From Bacteroidales bacterium (lineage in GTDB: Bacteria; Bacteroidota; Bacteroidia; Bacteroidales; WCHB1-69): a DNA stretch of 64,000 nt. Positions within the stretch are counted from its first letter, which is position 1. The number at the start of each line of letters is the position of its first letter. This document shows, one piece after another, positions 35,051-44,877 of the stretch. A model generated the notes under the pieces. That model had not been told where the DNA came from. It did no database searches and saw only the letters and a program-made list of their open reading frames with translations. The position numbers and the translations under genes are program-made. The stretch is from positions 29,611 to 93,610 of the forward strand of contig JAFRUI010000013.1 in the NCBI GenBank assembly GCA_017438945.1, written 5' to 3'.

Positions 35051-35076
35051 GTAGAGGCGTATCGCATACGCCCGAC
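35051..35076 (-). terminator. GTAG-family hairpin directly after the ftsI stop (possible attenuator or processing site inside the dcw operon)
   Basis: GTAGAGGCGTATcgcATACGCCCGAC forms a 7-bp GGCGTAT/ATACGCC core plus imperfect outer pairs. A second small hairpin, CATCCCggcaGGGATG, lies at 35026-35041. Confidence 0.45.
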
Positions 35077-35078
35077 AT

Positions 35079-37340
35079 TCACGGGTCCAGGTACAATTTC
35101 ACCGTATGCGTTTTGTCATCGTAAACCTGTGTTTTGACGCGGCCTTTACCGATGATTCGTGGGTTATAGCCAGCCCGAATCAACTCCGTGACGGCATCCG
35201 CCGCCATCATGCCACGCACATCCGGCATTTTCTGATAGGTATTTGCCTGTAAAGCCGTCACCGTCACATGTTTGTTCGTATCAGCGGCATCCACTCTCAG
35301 ATAAGGGGCGGCAGTCTCGTAGCTGACCGTGTCGTAACCCAACCCTTTCAACAAAGTGTTGAAATACTTTTTGCGGATGGGTGCGGTACGCGCCAACGGG
35401 GTGAATGGATAATCCTCCACTCTGCGTGTCGCGCTGTAATTGGAGCTGTTCATAATGCTGCGCGCGATACGTGCGAATGCATCCGCCGCCACGGTACTAT
35501 GTTGCGGGACCCCGTAGATATAGACGATGACGGTGTATTGCGGCTTGTCCATCGGGAAATAGCCGCAGAAAGAGACCGCGTTTATGTCTTTCCGGTAATT
35601 ACCGATGCTCTCGTCCCAGATGTCACGGGTTCCCGTCTTGCCGGCGAACATGCAGTTCTCATCGCGGAACCGGTAGGCCGTGCCGTGCTCGCCCCACACC
35701 ACCTGTTCCAAATATTTCCGGGCTTTCATTATCGTGGTATCAGAGGCGATTTTTTCAATAAGAACCTGAGGTTCAAAACGTTGTATAGTATCGTACGTAT
35801 CAGTGACGTACCGCACGAACAGCGGAGCCATCATCTTTCCGCCATTGGCAACAGCGTTATAATACACCAGCGTGCGGATAATCGGGATATTGAATCCCGC
35901 ACCGAAACAAGTGGCGTAATAGGTGTTGAAATCGTTGGTGCCATCCTTGATTCGGGCGGGCATGATGTCCCCCAGCTGGCTGTGGATGGTATCCAGCAAT
36001 CCGAATTTCTTCAGCTGCTCAAGATATTTCGGGAACCCTCTTCTCCCGTAGGTCGTGAAAATCATCTCGGCGATACCGACGTTGGAAGAACGCTTGAAAA
36101 CCTCAATGGGAGGAACGTCAATAGGGTTATACTTGTGATCGCACTTGTAATACCGCTTAATCTGTCCCGACTTTGTGGGAAATTCGAATGTATGGTTGTA
36201 AATGGGATACACTTTGCTGGTGTCATCGTCATTTTTCTCCAGATAAGCCAGCAAAGAGGCCAATTTGAAGGTGGAGCCGGGTTCAACCTTGGCATCGAGG
36301 GCATATTCCATACTTTCCGTATAGTAAGAGGCGTCAGCGGCGGCGCGACGAAGATTGGATATGGCCTTGATCTCACCCGTCTTGGTCTCCATCACGATGG
36401 CGCATCCCCATTCGGCATTCAGTTCCGAAAGCTTCCGCGAGAGTTCATTATGCACCGCGTGTTGGATCTCCAACTTGATGGTTGTGTGTATGTTGTGACC
36501 ATCCTCCGGATCCATACGCTCGCGCAGCGGCACTTTGGCGTGGTTCAGCTCAAGGTATTTTTTACTCCCGTCCACACCGGCCAAAATGTCGTTCATGGCA
36601 TGTTCCAGCCCGAACTGCCGGTCCGGCATCTCCACCCCCAACGTCCGCTTCGCCATCTCACCATAAGGGTTGATGCGCACACTGGCGGGCACATAGTTGA
36701 AATGGGTGTTGACAATCCTTCTCCGAATGGAATCCCCCTCGCTGTTGACGACAGTTCTATATAAATATGGACGGTTCTTGATGAATGCCGTGTCCACACC
36801 CATCACCCACATCTTCTCATCCCATTCTTTCACAGGGAAAAGCGTGGCATATTTCTTCTTTTGGATATTTTTCGTGAAAAAGTCGTAATAGTAGTCCGCA
36901 CTGTATCTCGGGAAACGGTCTTTGAACTGGTAGTAGAAATCATCGGACAACTTGCGGAAAATCTCATCAAAAGCTTTCGGGTTCTTCTGCAGGGTGTCGG
37001 CGTATTCGCGTGCAAAGCCCTTGCCGTCGAACGCCACCTCGAAAACAGTGAAGTTGGCCACCAGCACACGGCCATGGTCATCGTATATCTCCCCGCGGAC
37101 AGGCCGTAGCATATTCTCGCGGACAAAGCAGTAGGTGTCATCCGTGACCTTATCCTCCCATCCTGGTACGGTGGTGTCCACGCATTTGTCAGACGTGCCC
37201 GACGCCACGGCGCGCTCCACGATGGAAAGGTACAGGATTTTGGCCAGGCAAGCCACACCCACCAACACCATCAGCAGGTATACGACAGTCATCCTTCTCA
37301 AAGTGGAAGGGGAAGGCTCCTGTTTGCTACTTGTTCTCAT
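35079..37340 (-). CDS. ftsI: Class B penicillin-binding protein (FtsI/PBP3-type transpeptidase) with a C-terminal PASTA domain
   Basis: 753 aa. N-terminal TM anchor. STFK active-site motif (EPGSTFKLASLLAYL). SSN (KRSSNVG). KTGT (AGKTGTRD). PASTA-like C-terminus (MPDVRGMMAADAVTELIRAGYNPRIIGKGRV). Confidence 0.85.
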   Translation of the reverse strand: MRTSSKQEPSPSTLRRMTVVYLLMVLVGVACLAKILYLSIVERAVASGTSDKCVDTTVPGWEDKVTDDTYCFVRENMLRPVRGEIYDDHGRVLVANFTVFEVAFDGKGFAREYADTLQKNPKAFDEIFRKLSDDFYYQFKDRFPRYSADYYYDFFTKNIQKKKYATLFPVKEWDEKMWVMGVDTAFIKNRPYLYRTVVNSEGDSIRRRIVNTHFNYVPASVRINPYGEMAKRTLGVEMPDRQFGLEHAMNDILAGVDGSKKYLELNHAKVPLRERMDPEDGHNIHTTIKLEIQHAVHNELSRKLSELNAEWGCAIVMETKTGEIKAISNLRRAAADASYYTESMEYALDAKVEPGSTFKLASLLAYLEKNDDDTSKVYPIYNHTFEFPTKSGQIKRYYKCDHKYNPIDVPPIEVFKRSSNVGIAEMIFTTYGRRGFPKYLEQLKKFGLLDTIHSQLGDIMPARIKDGTNDFNTYYATCFGAGFNIPIIRTLVYYNAVANGGKMMAPLFVRYVTDTYDTIQRFEPQVLIEKIASDTTIMKARKYLEQVVWGEHGTAYRFRDENCMFAGKTGTRDIWDESIGNYRKDINAVSFCGYFPMDKPQYTVIVYIYGVPQHSTVAADAFARIARSIMNSSNYSATRRVEDYPFTPLARTAPIRKKYFNTLLKGLGYDTVSYETAAPYLRVDAADTNKHVTVTALQANTYQKMPDVRGMMAADAVTELIRAGYNPRIIGKGRVKTQVYDDKTHTVKLYLDP

Positions 37341-37746
37341 GTTTCCGCTCCTTTCTCTTGAACCAACGGCGTTTCTCCACCGGTTTCGGGGTCGCTTTCA
37401 CCGTAAAGCACTGTTTTTCATCGGTGATATATCCTTTTTCCTGCATCTTTTGGATAAGGATTTTGTTTTTCTCGTATGGAATGAACTGGTTGTTCGCTTT
37501 CAGTCGGCTGATTTCAGCCTTGTAGGTGTTTTCCAGTTCCATGATTTTTTTCTCTTTGATATGGATGCGCTGCTCGCTGACAACCAGCACGGTGACCAGA
37601 ACAAGCAAAAAGAAAACATAGAAATACCACGGCCTCATCTTCTTTTTCACCAATATTTCACCACCGAAAATATTGGAGAAGAACTCGCCAAAACGGGTCT
37701 TTTCCGGCTTTTGATTGGGGTTGATATTTCTAGAGGTGGTTTCCAT
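37327..37746 (-). CDS. ftsL: FtsL-like small bitopic division protein
   Basis: 139 aa. Single TM helix (WYFYVFFLLVLVTVLVV) followed by a short coiled-coil. Located between rsmH and ftsI, overlapping both. Confidence 0.65.
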   Translation of the reverse strand: METTSRNINPNQKPEKTRFGEFFSNIFGGEILVKKKMRPWYFYVFFLLVLVTVLVVSEQRIHIKEKKIMELENTYKAEISRLKANNQFIPYEKNKILIQKMQEKGYITDEKQCFTVKATPKPVEKRRWFKRKERKHENK

Positions 37747-38653
37747 GATTGACAGGTTTTATTTTCTCGGCAACACGCAACTTGGCGCTACGGGCGCGAG
37801 GGTTAGAGTTAATTTCTTCATCATCAGGCTGTATCGCCTTTCTTGTCAGCAGTTTGAACGGGGTCAGCGGATTGCCGAAAAAATCCTTCTCCACCTCTCC
37901 GTCCAGTTTCCCGGCGCGCATGAAATTCTTCACCATGCGATCTTCCAAAGAATGGTAGGAGATGACCACGAGACGACCTCCGACCTTCAGGGCATCAACC
38001 GTTTGTTCCAAAAAGGATTCCAGCACCGACATCTCTTGGTTCACCTCGATGCGGACCGCTTGGAAAATCTTGGACAGCGTCTTGTTCTCCTTGCCGCGCA
38101 GCAAAGAGGGTTTCAGAGCCGCAACCAACTGGTGGGTGGTGGTGATGGGCTGTTCCTCGCGAGCCTTGACGATACGGTGGGCCAAAGCTCGTCCGTCGGG
38201 GAGCTCCCCGTAACGGTAGAAAATGTCACTCAGAGCTTTCTCATCATATTGATTGACAACATCTTGTGCTGATTTCCCCGATTGGGTGTTCATCCGCATG
38301 TCCAAAATTCCATCCTCGCGGTAGGAGAAGCCGCGCTCCGGCGTGTCGAACTGATGGGAAGAGACCCCAAGGTCGGCCAAAATACCGTCCACGGGATAAG
38401 CCTTATGGTACTGCAAAAAACGGGTGAGGTTTTTGAAATTCGATGCCACAAAGGAAAACCGTTCATCATCAACAAGTTGCGATTGGGCGTCGACATCTTG
38501 GTCAAAAGCGACGAGACGTCCGGCAGTCAGTTTCTCTAGAATAGCACGGGAATGCCCGCCGCCACCGTAGGTGACATCGACATAAATCCCATCAGGATTT
38601 GTAACCAGATAATTGACAGAAAGTTGAAGGAGAACAGGGTTATGATATTCCAT
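37730..38653 (-). CDS. rsmH: 16S rRNA (cytosine1402-N4)-methyltransferase
   Basis: 307 aa. Motifs: HNPVLL, DVTYGGGGHS, DLGVSSHQFD, SYHSLEDRMVKNF. Confidence 0.9.
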   Translation of the reverse strand: MEYHNPVLLQLSVNYLVTNPDGIYVDVTYGGGGHSRAILEKLTAGRLVAFDQDVDAQSQLVDDERFSFVASNFKNLTRFLQYHKAYPVDGILADLGVSSHQFDTPERGFSYREDGILDMRMNTQSGKSAQDVVNQYDEKALSDIFYRYGELPDGRALAHRIVKAREEQPITTTHQLVAALKPSLLRGKENKTLSKIFQAVRIEVNQEMSVLESFLEQTVDALKVGGRLVVISYHSLEDRMVKNFMRAGKLDGEVEKDFFGNPLTPFKLLTRKAIQPDDEEINSNPRARSAKLRVAEKIKPVNHGNHL

Positions 38654-39122
38654 TGGGTCCCTCCTTCTCCGGCAAATAGTGACCGAGGTGCATCTCCTCG
38701 TTGAGTTTTTCCAAATCCTCAGGACTCATATCAAACTTCTCGTGATACTTCCGGCTATTCCACATCTCGATCTGACCGTTATCCAGCACCATCACCAGCT
38801 CCTTGTCAATGGCATACATCTCCATCAGCGGTTTCGGGATGACGATGCGGTGCTGCGCGTCACATTCCAACATGGCCGTGTTACGCAGGAAAGCATTCCG
38901 ATACAATTTCACACGGGTAAGGTTCCGATCCAGAGAGTTCATATAGTCCATCTGCTTGCGATAAGCCTTTTCCGACCACAGCATGATATACTCGCCGAAG
39001 CCGTGCGTAACATAGAACGTGCTGCGTTCATCCTCTGACAACGCACGAAGAAGAGCCGTGGGCAGCTTCAGCCGTCCGCTCTTCTCTATTGAGACTTCCC
39101 AATATCCGTATTCCGTTGTCAT
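38640..39122 (-). CDS. mraZ: Transcriptional regulator MraZ
   Basis: Two SpoVT/AbrB-like halves (GRLKLPTALLRAL and HRIVIPKPLMEMYAI). First gene of the dcw run. Start trimmed to ATG 39122, downstream of the -7 box at 39151. Confidence 0.85.
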   Translation of the reverse strand: MTTEYGYWEVSIEKSGRLKLPTALLRALSEDERSTFYVTHGFGEYIMLWSEKAYRKQMDYMNSLDRNLTRVKLYRNAFLRNTAMLECDAQHRIVIPKPLMEMYAIDKELVMVLDNGQIEMWNSRKYHEKFDMSPEDLEKLNEEMHLGHYLPEKEGPNGIS

Positions 39123-39150
39123 AACTTTTTCTATGTTAATTTTCGAGCGA

Positions 39151-39158
39151 CAAAAATA
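39151..39158 (-). promoter_or_regulatory. -7 promoter box (TATTTTTG on the minus strand) for the mraZ/dcw operon
   Basis: Plus strand reads caaaaata. It lies 29 nt upstream of ATG 39122. Confidence 0.55.
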
Positions 39159-39415
39159 TAATTTTTCCATAACATATTTCCATAAATCGCATCTTATTTA
39201 ACTCATGTTGTTAAAAAAACACCTTATCTTACTGATTTTCAATATGGAAAATATTGGAAAAAAGTTATCAACAGAAATCAACAGCAATATCAAAGAATTG
39301 ATACACAGTAATTTAAATCAATCTGTTAAGAAAACTGTTATCTTGTTTATTATCAGCTAGATAAAAATCTAATTGGAATTTTTAGGAATTTACATCTTGC
39401 GAACGGAAGAAATAT

Positions 39416-39440
39416 TGGAAAAAAATGGAACAATTTGGAA
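39416..39440 (+). promoter_or_regulatory. Three TGGAA direct repeats at exact 10-bp spacing (candidate MraZ-type boxes)
   Basis: atTGGAAaaaaaTGGAAcaattTGGAAtcc, with cores at 39416, 39426 and 39436. Further 10-bp-spaced pairs occur at 39245/39255 and at 39374/39384 (the latter AGGAA). Confidence 0.35.
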
Positions 39441-39493
39441 TCCTCTCATCGTGTCATCGTGCCATCGTATCATCGTGCCGTCCTCAAATTTTG

Positions 39494-39501
39494 TATTTTT
39501 G
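39494..39501 (+). promoter_or_regulatory. -7 promoter box (TATTTTTG) for hflX
   Basis: aaattttgTATTTTTGccgctc, 36 nt upstream of ATG 39537. Confidence 0.6.
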
Positions 39502-39536
39502 CCGCTCAAAACCTTTACCGAACCAACAAGAGCATC

Positions 39537-40727
39537 ATGGCGACAGAACACCCTGACAACTACCGCGAAACGGCTGTATTGATTGCCGTCTCCACCCCCG
39601 ATGTGGCAGAAGAAAAAACGATGGAATACCTTGACGAGCTGGCTTTCCTGGTGGAGACCGCCGGTGGCGAATGCGTGAGGAAATTCATCCAGAACCTCGC
39701 CCACCCCGACACGCGAACCTACTTCGGCTCCGGCAAAATCCGCGAAGTGGCCGACTACGTGCACGAGAACGACATCGACATGGTGGTGGTGGACGACGAG
39801 CTTCCGCCGTCACAACAGCGTAACATCGAGGAACTTACGCGGTGTAAGGTGATGGACCGCACGCACCTCATCCTCGACATCTTCGCCAAGCACGCGCAGA
39901 CCGCCCACGCCAAAACGCAGGTGGAACTGGCGCAGTACAAATACCTGCTTCCGCGCCTCACCGGCATGTGGACGCACTTGGAAAAACAGCGCGGCGGTAT
40001 CGGCATGAGAGGCCCCGGCGAAAAGGAAATCGAGACCGACCGCCGTATCATCCGTGACCGTATCTCCTTGTTGGAAAAGCGGTTGAAAGAAATCGACAAG
40101 CAAAAAAAGACCCAACGCGGTCACCGCGAGCAGTTCGTCCGCGTCGCACTCGTGGGCTACACCAACGTCGGGAAATCCACCATCATGAACCTCCTCAGCA
40201 ACTCCGACGTGCTCACCGAAAACAAGCTTTTCGCCACCCTCGACACCACCGTCCGGAAAGTCGTCTTTCAGAACCTCCCGTTCTTACTTTCTGACACGGT
40301 GGGATTTATCCGAAAACTACCGCACGGCCTAGTGGAATCGTTCAAATCGACGTTGGATGAGATCCGCGAGACACACCTGCTGCTGCACGTTGTCGACATC
40401 AGCCACCCCGATTTCGAGGAGCAGATCCAGACCGTGCAGCGGACGTTAGACGAAATCGACTGCGGCGGGAAACCCACCGTCATCATTTTCAACAAGATAG
40501 ACCAATACTCATGGGTGGAGAAGGCGGAAGACGACCTCACTCCGAAGACCAAGGAGAACGTCACCCTAGAAGAGCTCAAGGCCACCTGGATGGCGAAACT
40601 CGGCCCGAAAACGCTCTTCATCTCCGCCAAGACAAAGGAGAATGTCAACGAAATGAAAGACTTCCTCTATGAGGAAATCAAGAAGCTTCACATCCAAATA
40701 TATCCGTACAACAACTTCCTGTACTAG
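39537..40727 (+). CDS. hflX: GTPase HflX
   Basis: HflX N-domain (LDELAFLVETAGG, SGKIREVADYV, LPPSQQRNIEE, DRTHLILDIFAKHA). GTPase motifs GYTNVGKST, DTVGF and NKID. Start trimmed from the track start (39435) to the first ATG after the promoter. Confidence 0.9.
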   Translation: MATEHPDNYRETAVLIAVSTPDVAEEKTMEYLDELAFLVETAGGECVRKFIQNLAHPDTRTYFGSGKIREVADYVHENDIDMVVVDDELPPSQQRNIEELTRCKVMDRTHLILDIFAKHAQTAHAKTQVELAQYKYLLPRLTGMWTHLEKQRGGIGMRGPGEKEIETDRRIIRDRISLLEKRLKEIDKQKKTQRGHREQFVRVALVGYTNVGKSTIMNLLSNSDVLTENKLFATLDTTVRKVVFQNLPFLLSDTVGFIRKLPHGLVESFKSTLDEIRETHLLLHVVDISHPDFEEQIQTVQRTLDEIDCGGKPTVIIFNKIDQYSWVEKAEDDLTPKTKENVTLEELKATWMAKLGPKTLFISAKTKENVNEMKDFLYEEIKKLHIQIYPYNNFLY

Positions 40728-40766
40728 TCTTCAGCTATTAACCAGCCAAAAGCCAACAGCCAAAAG

Positions 40767-41459
40767 CTATTTCCCTTTCTTCGCGGCAATCGACAGGAAG
40801 AGTCCGAGGATGACGCTGCAGAAGGCGGCGAAGAGGACTTGGAGATCCTGAGGCAGACAGAAGGTGAGGGTGTGCGCGGGAATCCAGAACAACGGGATGG
40901 TCTTCTTGAAGACAAAGCCCCACTGCACGCCCCAGTCCATCTCGCAAATATGGCGTTTGACGGCCACCGGCTTGAACAAGGCCGAAAAGGCGCCGCCGTG
41001 CTCGTTGATGTGCATGTCGGAAATTTTGTGGACGGTCATGAAGACGGGGGCGAAAGCGGTGTTCATCATCACGCTGACGCAGAAAGCACCGAGGAGTTTC
41101 AACCACGACATCGGCTCCGCCATTGCCGCCGAGACACCGCTGAAGGCGGCATAACGCTCCATGAAGGCCGGCACGCCGAGGCGGAAAACGTTCATCGCCA
41201 AGGCTATCCACATTCCGAGAAGCCCCCAGACCACGAATTTCGGGGCAAGGCCGAAGCCCTTATGGTAATACTGCCCGGTTTTCACGCGACTGCCAAGCAT
41301 CTCCCCGAAGGTGGCCAAAATACCGAATTTCAGGAAAGCCATCCATAACGGGAAACGCTGGTTTGCCGCACAATAGGCATCATAAACGCTGTCAAACAAG
41401 AAAAATGGAAGCAGGCACAACACGATGACCGCTATTACGATAATGTCTGATTTTTTCAT
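40767..41459 (-). CDS. Integral membrane protein of unknown function (about 6 predicted TM helices)
   Basis: 230 aa, hydrophobic throughout. I recognise no family motif. It has its own -7 box at 41490. Confidence 0.55.
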   Translation of the reverse strand: MKKSDIIVIAVIVLCLLPFFLFDSVYDAYCAANQRFPLWMAFLKFGILATFGEMLGSRVKTGQYYHKGFGLAPKFVVWGLLGMWIALAMNVFRLGVPAFMERYAAFSGVSAAMAEPMSWLKLLGAFCVSVMMNTAFAPVFMTVHKISDMHINEHGGAFSALFKPVAVKRHICEMDWGVQWGFVFKKTIPLFWIPAHTLTFCLPQDLQVLFAAFCSVILGLFLSIAAKKGK

Positions 41460-41489
41460 ACCTCGATGATGTTTTTATTAAACAAACGG

Positions 41490-41497
41490 CAAAGGTA
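41490..41497 (-). promoter_or_regulatory. -7 promoter box (TACCTTTG on the minus strand) for the membrane protein gene
   Basis: Plus strand reads caaaggta. It lies 31 nt upstream of ATG 41459. Confidence 0.55.
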
Positions 41498-41601
41498 CAC
41501 TTTTTTCACGCTGACACCGCCTTCCTATTTTTTTATTCATTATTCTAAAAAAGCATGTAACATCTGGCAATTTTTTTCGTTAGTATGGAAAATGTTTTAT
41601 T

Positions 41602-43860
41602 ATGAAAAAAGTATTCGCTTTCACCATTTGTGTTTTGACATTTCTTACTGGCGCGGCTCAATACGCGCCCTGGGACCCGTCACAAGGGCCGCTGAACTTC
41701 ATGACCCTTGATGTGCCGAACCACCCGTACATAAGACTCACCTATAATGAAAGCGGGAGTTACGACAATTACGAGGCCATCACCGTCAACACAAATGCCA
41801 ACAACAACACTGGCGACATCACCCATCACAAACTGATCACCACAAATGGATCAGACCCTTGTAGATGCTATCAGGTGGGAAACCAATATCCGCACGAAAA
41901 CTTCCTTCCGGACTCCTCCCTCCTCGGAGAGGCCATAGACACCGTTATCCGACTGGGGTGCAACGGAAGCAGCAATGCGTGTCTGAGCAATTCCCAAATC
42001 GAATACTGGTTTTATCCGCAAGAAGACGAGAGCACCCTGCTGGTGGTATTCACCTTCGCTGAAGAGGACGTTACCCACCACAATGCCACGGAGAACCCTC
42101 GTTTTTATATTGAGGTGTTGGACGGCCAGACGAACCAACTCATCGCCGGAGGCTATTATCCCACCGAGGCCAGCAACGGGACCGCCAATGAAATACCCAA
42201 CACCCAGTGGCCATACAACCGTTTCCTGGCCGTGCCGAGCGGCAACCAGTCCTCATTAGACCATCACACTTCACCCAACGACATGGGTATCAGCACTTAC
42301 TATTGGGCATTCACACAGGCCACGCCAACCACTTTCCCCTTCCGTAAATGTCCTGACGCGCAAAACGGTTCAAGCACCACCTATGAGGTCGGTTGGTTCG
42401 AATACAAGCCCATTGCCTTCGACTTGAGTTCTTACGCCGAACAGGGGAAATCCGTGAAGTTGCGTATTCGTTCGAGAGCCTGCCAATATTTCGCTCACTG
42501 GAACTACGCCATGTTTTACGCAAAAATGATTCCCGGCTTCATCAAAGTGGATGCCTGCGGTGCAGAGCCCATCCACCTTTCCGTGCCCCGGGGCTTTTTG
42601 GAGCAGACCTACACCTGGCGATACGGATACAACGCCGCGGACGCGCTCACACGTTCCCCCTTTGAGGTGGATGACCCGCCTACCGGCATCACCGTGCTGG
42701 GCAGCTATGACATTTTCATTGACAGAGATGTGCTGCTTGCACAACCCGGAGGACAATTGTGGCCCTACTACCGCTGTGAGATGAAATCCTACACCGGCGT
42801 CCCCTTCATATATGAGGCGCACATCAAATCTTATTTCCTGGAGCCCGATTTCAATTTCCAACAATTGTTCAACAATTGTGACCTGAGTGTCAAACTCAAC
42901 GATAGCAGCCTCATCTACACCGTGACCCCGCCTACTCAGACGGGAGGCACCAATGACACCACCTACCAGCAGACCCAGCTCATCCAGTGGTTCGTCAAAA
43001 ATCGGCTAACCAACAACTTCGACCCCATCCCCTACTCCGATAACAGCACCAATGTGACCTATACCTTTAATTCTACCACCATAGACACCCTCACAGGGGA
43101 GGCCACCATCAAGATCATCATCCAAGACGAGGAACAAAAGTGTATCAAAGACACCATGAAAACCATCTTCTTGGATCTGTCGGCCATCCGGGACACCCTG
43201 ACAAATGACACGATATACACCTGCGAGGAGAAGCTTCCTTACGTTTACGACGAAGCTTATTTCGGTGACACCCAAACATGGTCCACGGAAGGCACGCGCC
43301 GCGTCAAATATGAAAGTCTGTCTTGGAACGGGTGCGACAGCCTCGTGGATGTCACCCTCATCGTCCGCAAACCCAAAGTGGAAATCTCTTTCGATCTGGA
43401 CTACTGCGACGCCTTCTCCACCACACTTACCGCCGACTGTAACAACAATGTTGCGGAATACAAATGGAGTACGGGGGAGAACACTCCTTCCATCACCATC
43501 AATGCGCCCGGCACATATTCGGTTGACATAGTCAACGACGAAGGCTGTGCCGCTTCCAACAGCATCACCATCCCGGCTTGCAAGCCTTTCCTGAATCTGC
43601 CCAACTCCATTACCCCGAGTAATGTCGATGGTGTTAACGACTATTTCCAGATTCCGCAAAGAAGTCTTATCAAAGAGCTGGAGTTCACCGTTTTCAACCG
43701 CCACGGCGAAATTATCTATCACACCACCAACAAGGATTTTGAGTGGAATGGCACCGAAAACGGCAAGCTGTTTGTGGGGGCCACCTACAACTACATCCTT
43801 CGTATTGTCGATTACGAGGGGGTTGCGTCAAATCACAAAGGTTCGATCACGATACTGTAG
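41602..43860 (+). CDS. T9SS type B (gliding-motility-associated, CHU_C-like) C-terminal-domain cargo protein, 752 aa
   Basis: Signal peptide. The C-terminus (LPNSITPSNVDGVNDYFQIP...FTVFNRHGEIIYHTTNKDFEWNGTENGK...YNYILRIVDYEG...GSITIL) matches the type B sorting-domain pattern. Confidence 0.8.
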   Translation: MKKVFAFTICVLTFLTGAAQYAPWDPSQGPLNFMTLDVPNHPYIRLTYNESGSYDNYEAITVNTNANNNTGDITHHKLITTNGSDPCRCYQVGNQYPHENFLPDSSLLGEAIDTVIRLGCNGSSNACLSNSQIEYWFYPQEDESTLLVVFTFAEEDVTHHNATENPRFYIEVLDGQTNQLIAGGYYPTEASNGTANEIPNTQWPYNRFLAVPSGNQSSLDHHTSPNDMGISTYYWAFTQATPTTFPFRKCPDAQNGSSTTYEVGWFEYKPIAFDLSSYAEQGKSVKLRIRSRACQYFAHWNYAMFYAKMIPGFIKVDACGAEPIHLSVPRGFLEQTYTWRYGYNAADALTRSPFEVDDPPTGITVLGSYDIFIDRDVLLAQPGGQLWPYYRCEMKSYTGVPFIYEAHIKSYFLEPDFNFQQLFNNCDLSVKLNDSSLIYTVTPPTQTGGTNDTTYQQTQLIQWFVKNRLTNNFDPIPYSDNSTNVTYTFNSTTIDTLTGEATIKIIIQDEEQKCIKDTMKTIFLDLSAIRDTLTNDTIYTCEEKLPYVYDEAYFGDTQTWSTEGTRRVKYESLSWNGCDSLVDVTLIVRKPKVEISFDLDYCDAFSTTLTADCNNNVAEYKWSTGENTPSITINAPGTYSVDIVNDEGCAASNSITIPACKPFLNLPNSITPSNVDGVNDYFQIPQRSLIKELEFTVFNRHGEIIYHTTNKDFEWNGTENGKLFVGATYNYILRIVDYEGVASNHKGSITIL

Positions 43861-43899
43861 GGGTTCAAGATTTAAGGTTCAAAGTTGAAATTTGAAGAT

Positions 43900-44877
43900 A
43901 TGAAAAAGATATTGACATCTGTTGTTGTTTCCTTGCTGTTTTTGTGCACGATGCAGGCGCAAAACAACATTCTGAACAGTGATTTCGAGTTATGGTCTTA
44001 CGGGAAACCGGTGGGCTGGACTGTCGGTCTGCACGGAACCATCACCTCGTTTGTGAATCTTCCCGTGGAGGTTAATTTCGGCACCCAGAGCAGCGAAGCG
44101 CATGGGGGCAGTTCGGCCGTCAAATTGATGTCCGCAGACTTCACCATACCTTACGTAGGATATTCCCTGAATTTGCCCGGCATTCTGCAAGTCGGGGAAT
44201 CGGAAGGCTTTACCATCCCGTTGGAAGACATCATGAACATCGCCAACATGTTTCAGGACACGACCGGTTTCGGCGGACTGGATTCCACAGACATGTCCTC
44301 GCTTTCCTCCCTGACACGTCTGCTCTCCAATGGAGTCCCCTGCACTCAGGTTCCCGCATCCGTTACCGCGTGGGTGAAATACCAACCTCAGGAAAACGAC
44401 CAACTTATAATGTTAGCCGTGGCGAAAAAAGAGGGCATGCCTATCAGTTACAACTATGGCAGTTTCCAAACAGATGACCCTAACGCCTACCAAAAAATCG
44501 GAATCGACCTTGACATGCCCAATGCGGAATGCGACTCCATTATGATTGTCATCCTCTCTTCTTTGCAGCTCGGCAGCAGCTCTGTGTTGTATGTGGATGA
44601 CGTCTCGTTGGAATACAGTGGCGTAGGGATTTCTGACATGGAAAGCTATACAGGAAAGATCTATCCTAATCCCGCCGGCGACCGCCTCTTCATACAACCT
44701 GAAAATGAAGAGGTTTACGAATGGACATTGACGGATCTGAAGGGCAAGCTGTTACAAAGCGGCAAAGCCTCCGGTGGAGTTTCCATTGACACAAAAACTT
44801 GTGTTCCAGGCATGTATTTAATTCAAATCCGTGAGCAAGGCGAGACCAGCACCCACAAGGTAATGATTACACGATGA
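43900..44877 (+). CDS. T9SS type A cargo protein with a PCMD-like (putative carbohydrate metabolism) domain
   Basis: Signal peptide MKKILTSVVVSLLFLCTMQAQ. NSDFELW...GWT opening, which I tentatively recall as PCMD-like. C-terminus is YPNPAGDRLFI...GMYLIQIREQGETSTHKVMITR. The track start at 43885 is a TTG. Confidence 0.6.
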   Translation: MKKILTSVVVSLLFLCTMQAQNNILNSDFELWSYGKPVGWTVGLHGTITSFVNLPVEVNFGTQSSEAHGGSSAVKLMSADFTIPYVGYSLNLPGILQVGESEGFTIPLEDIMNIANMFQDTTGFGGLDSTDMSSLSSLTRLLSNGVPCTQVPASVTAWVKYQPQENDQLIMLAVAKKEGMPISYNYGSFQTDDPNAYQKIGIDLDMPNAECDSIMIVILSSLQLGSSSVLYVDDVSLEYSGVGISDMESYTGKIYPNPAGDRLFIQPENEEVYEWTLTDLKGKLLQSGKASGGVSIDTKTCVPGMYLIQIREQGETSTHKVMITR

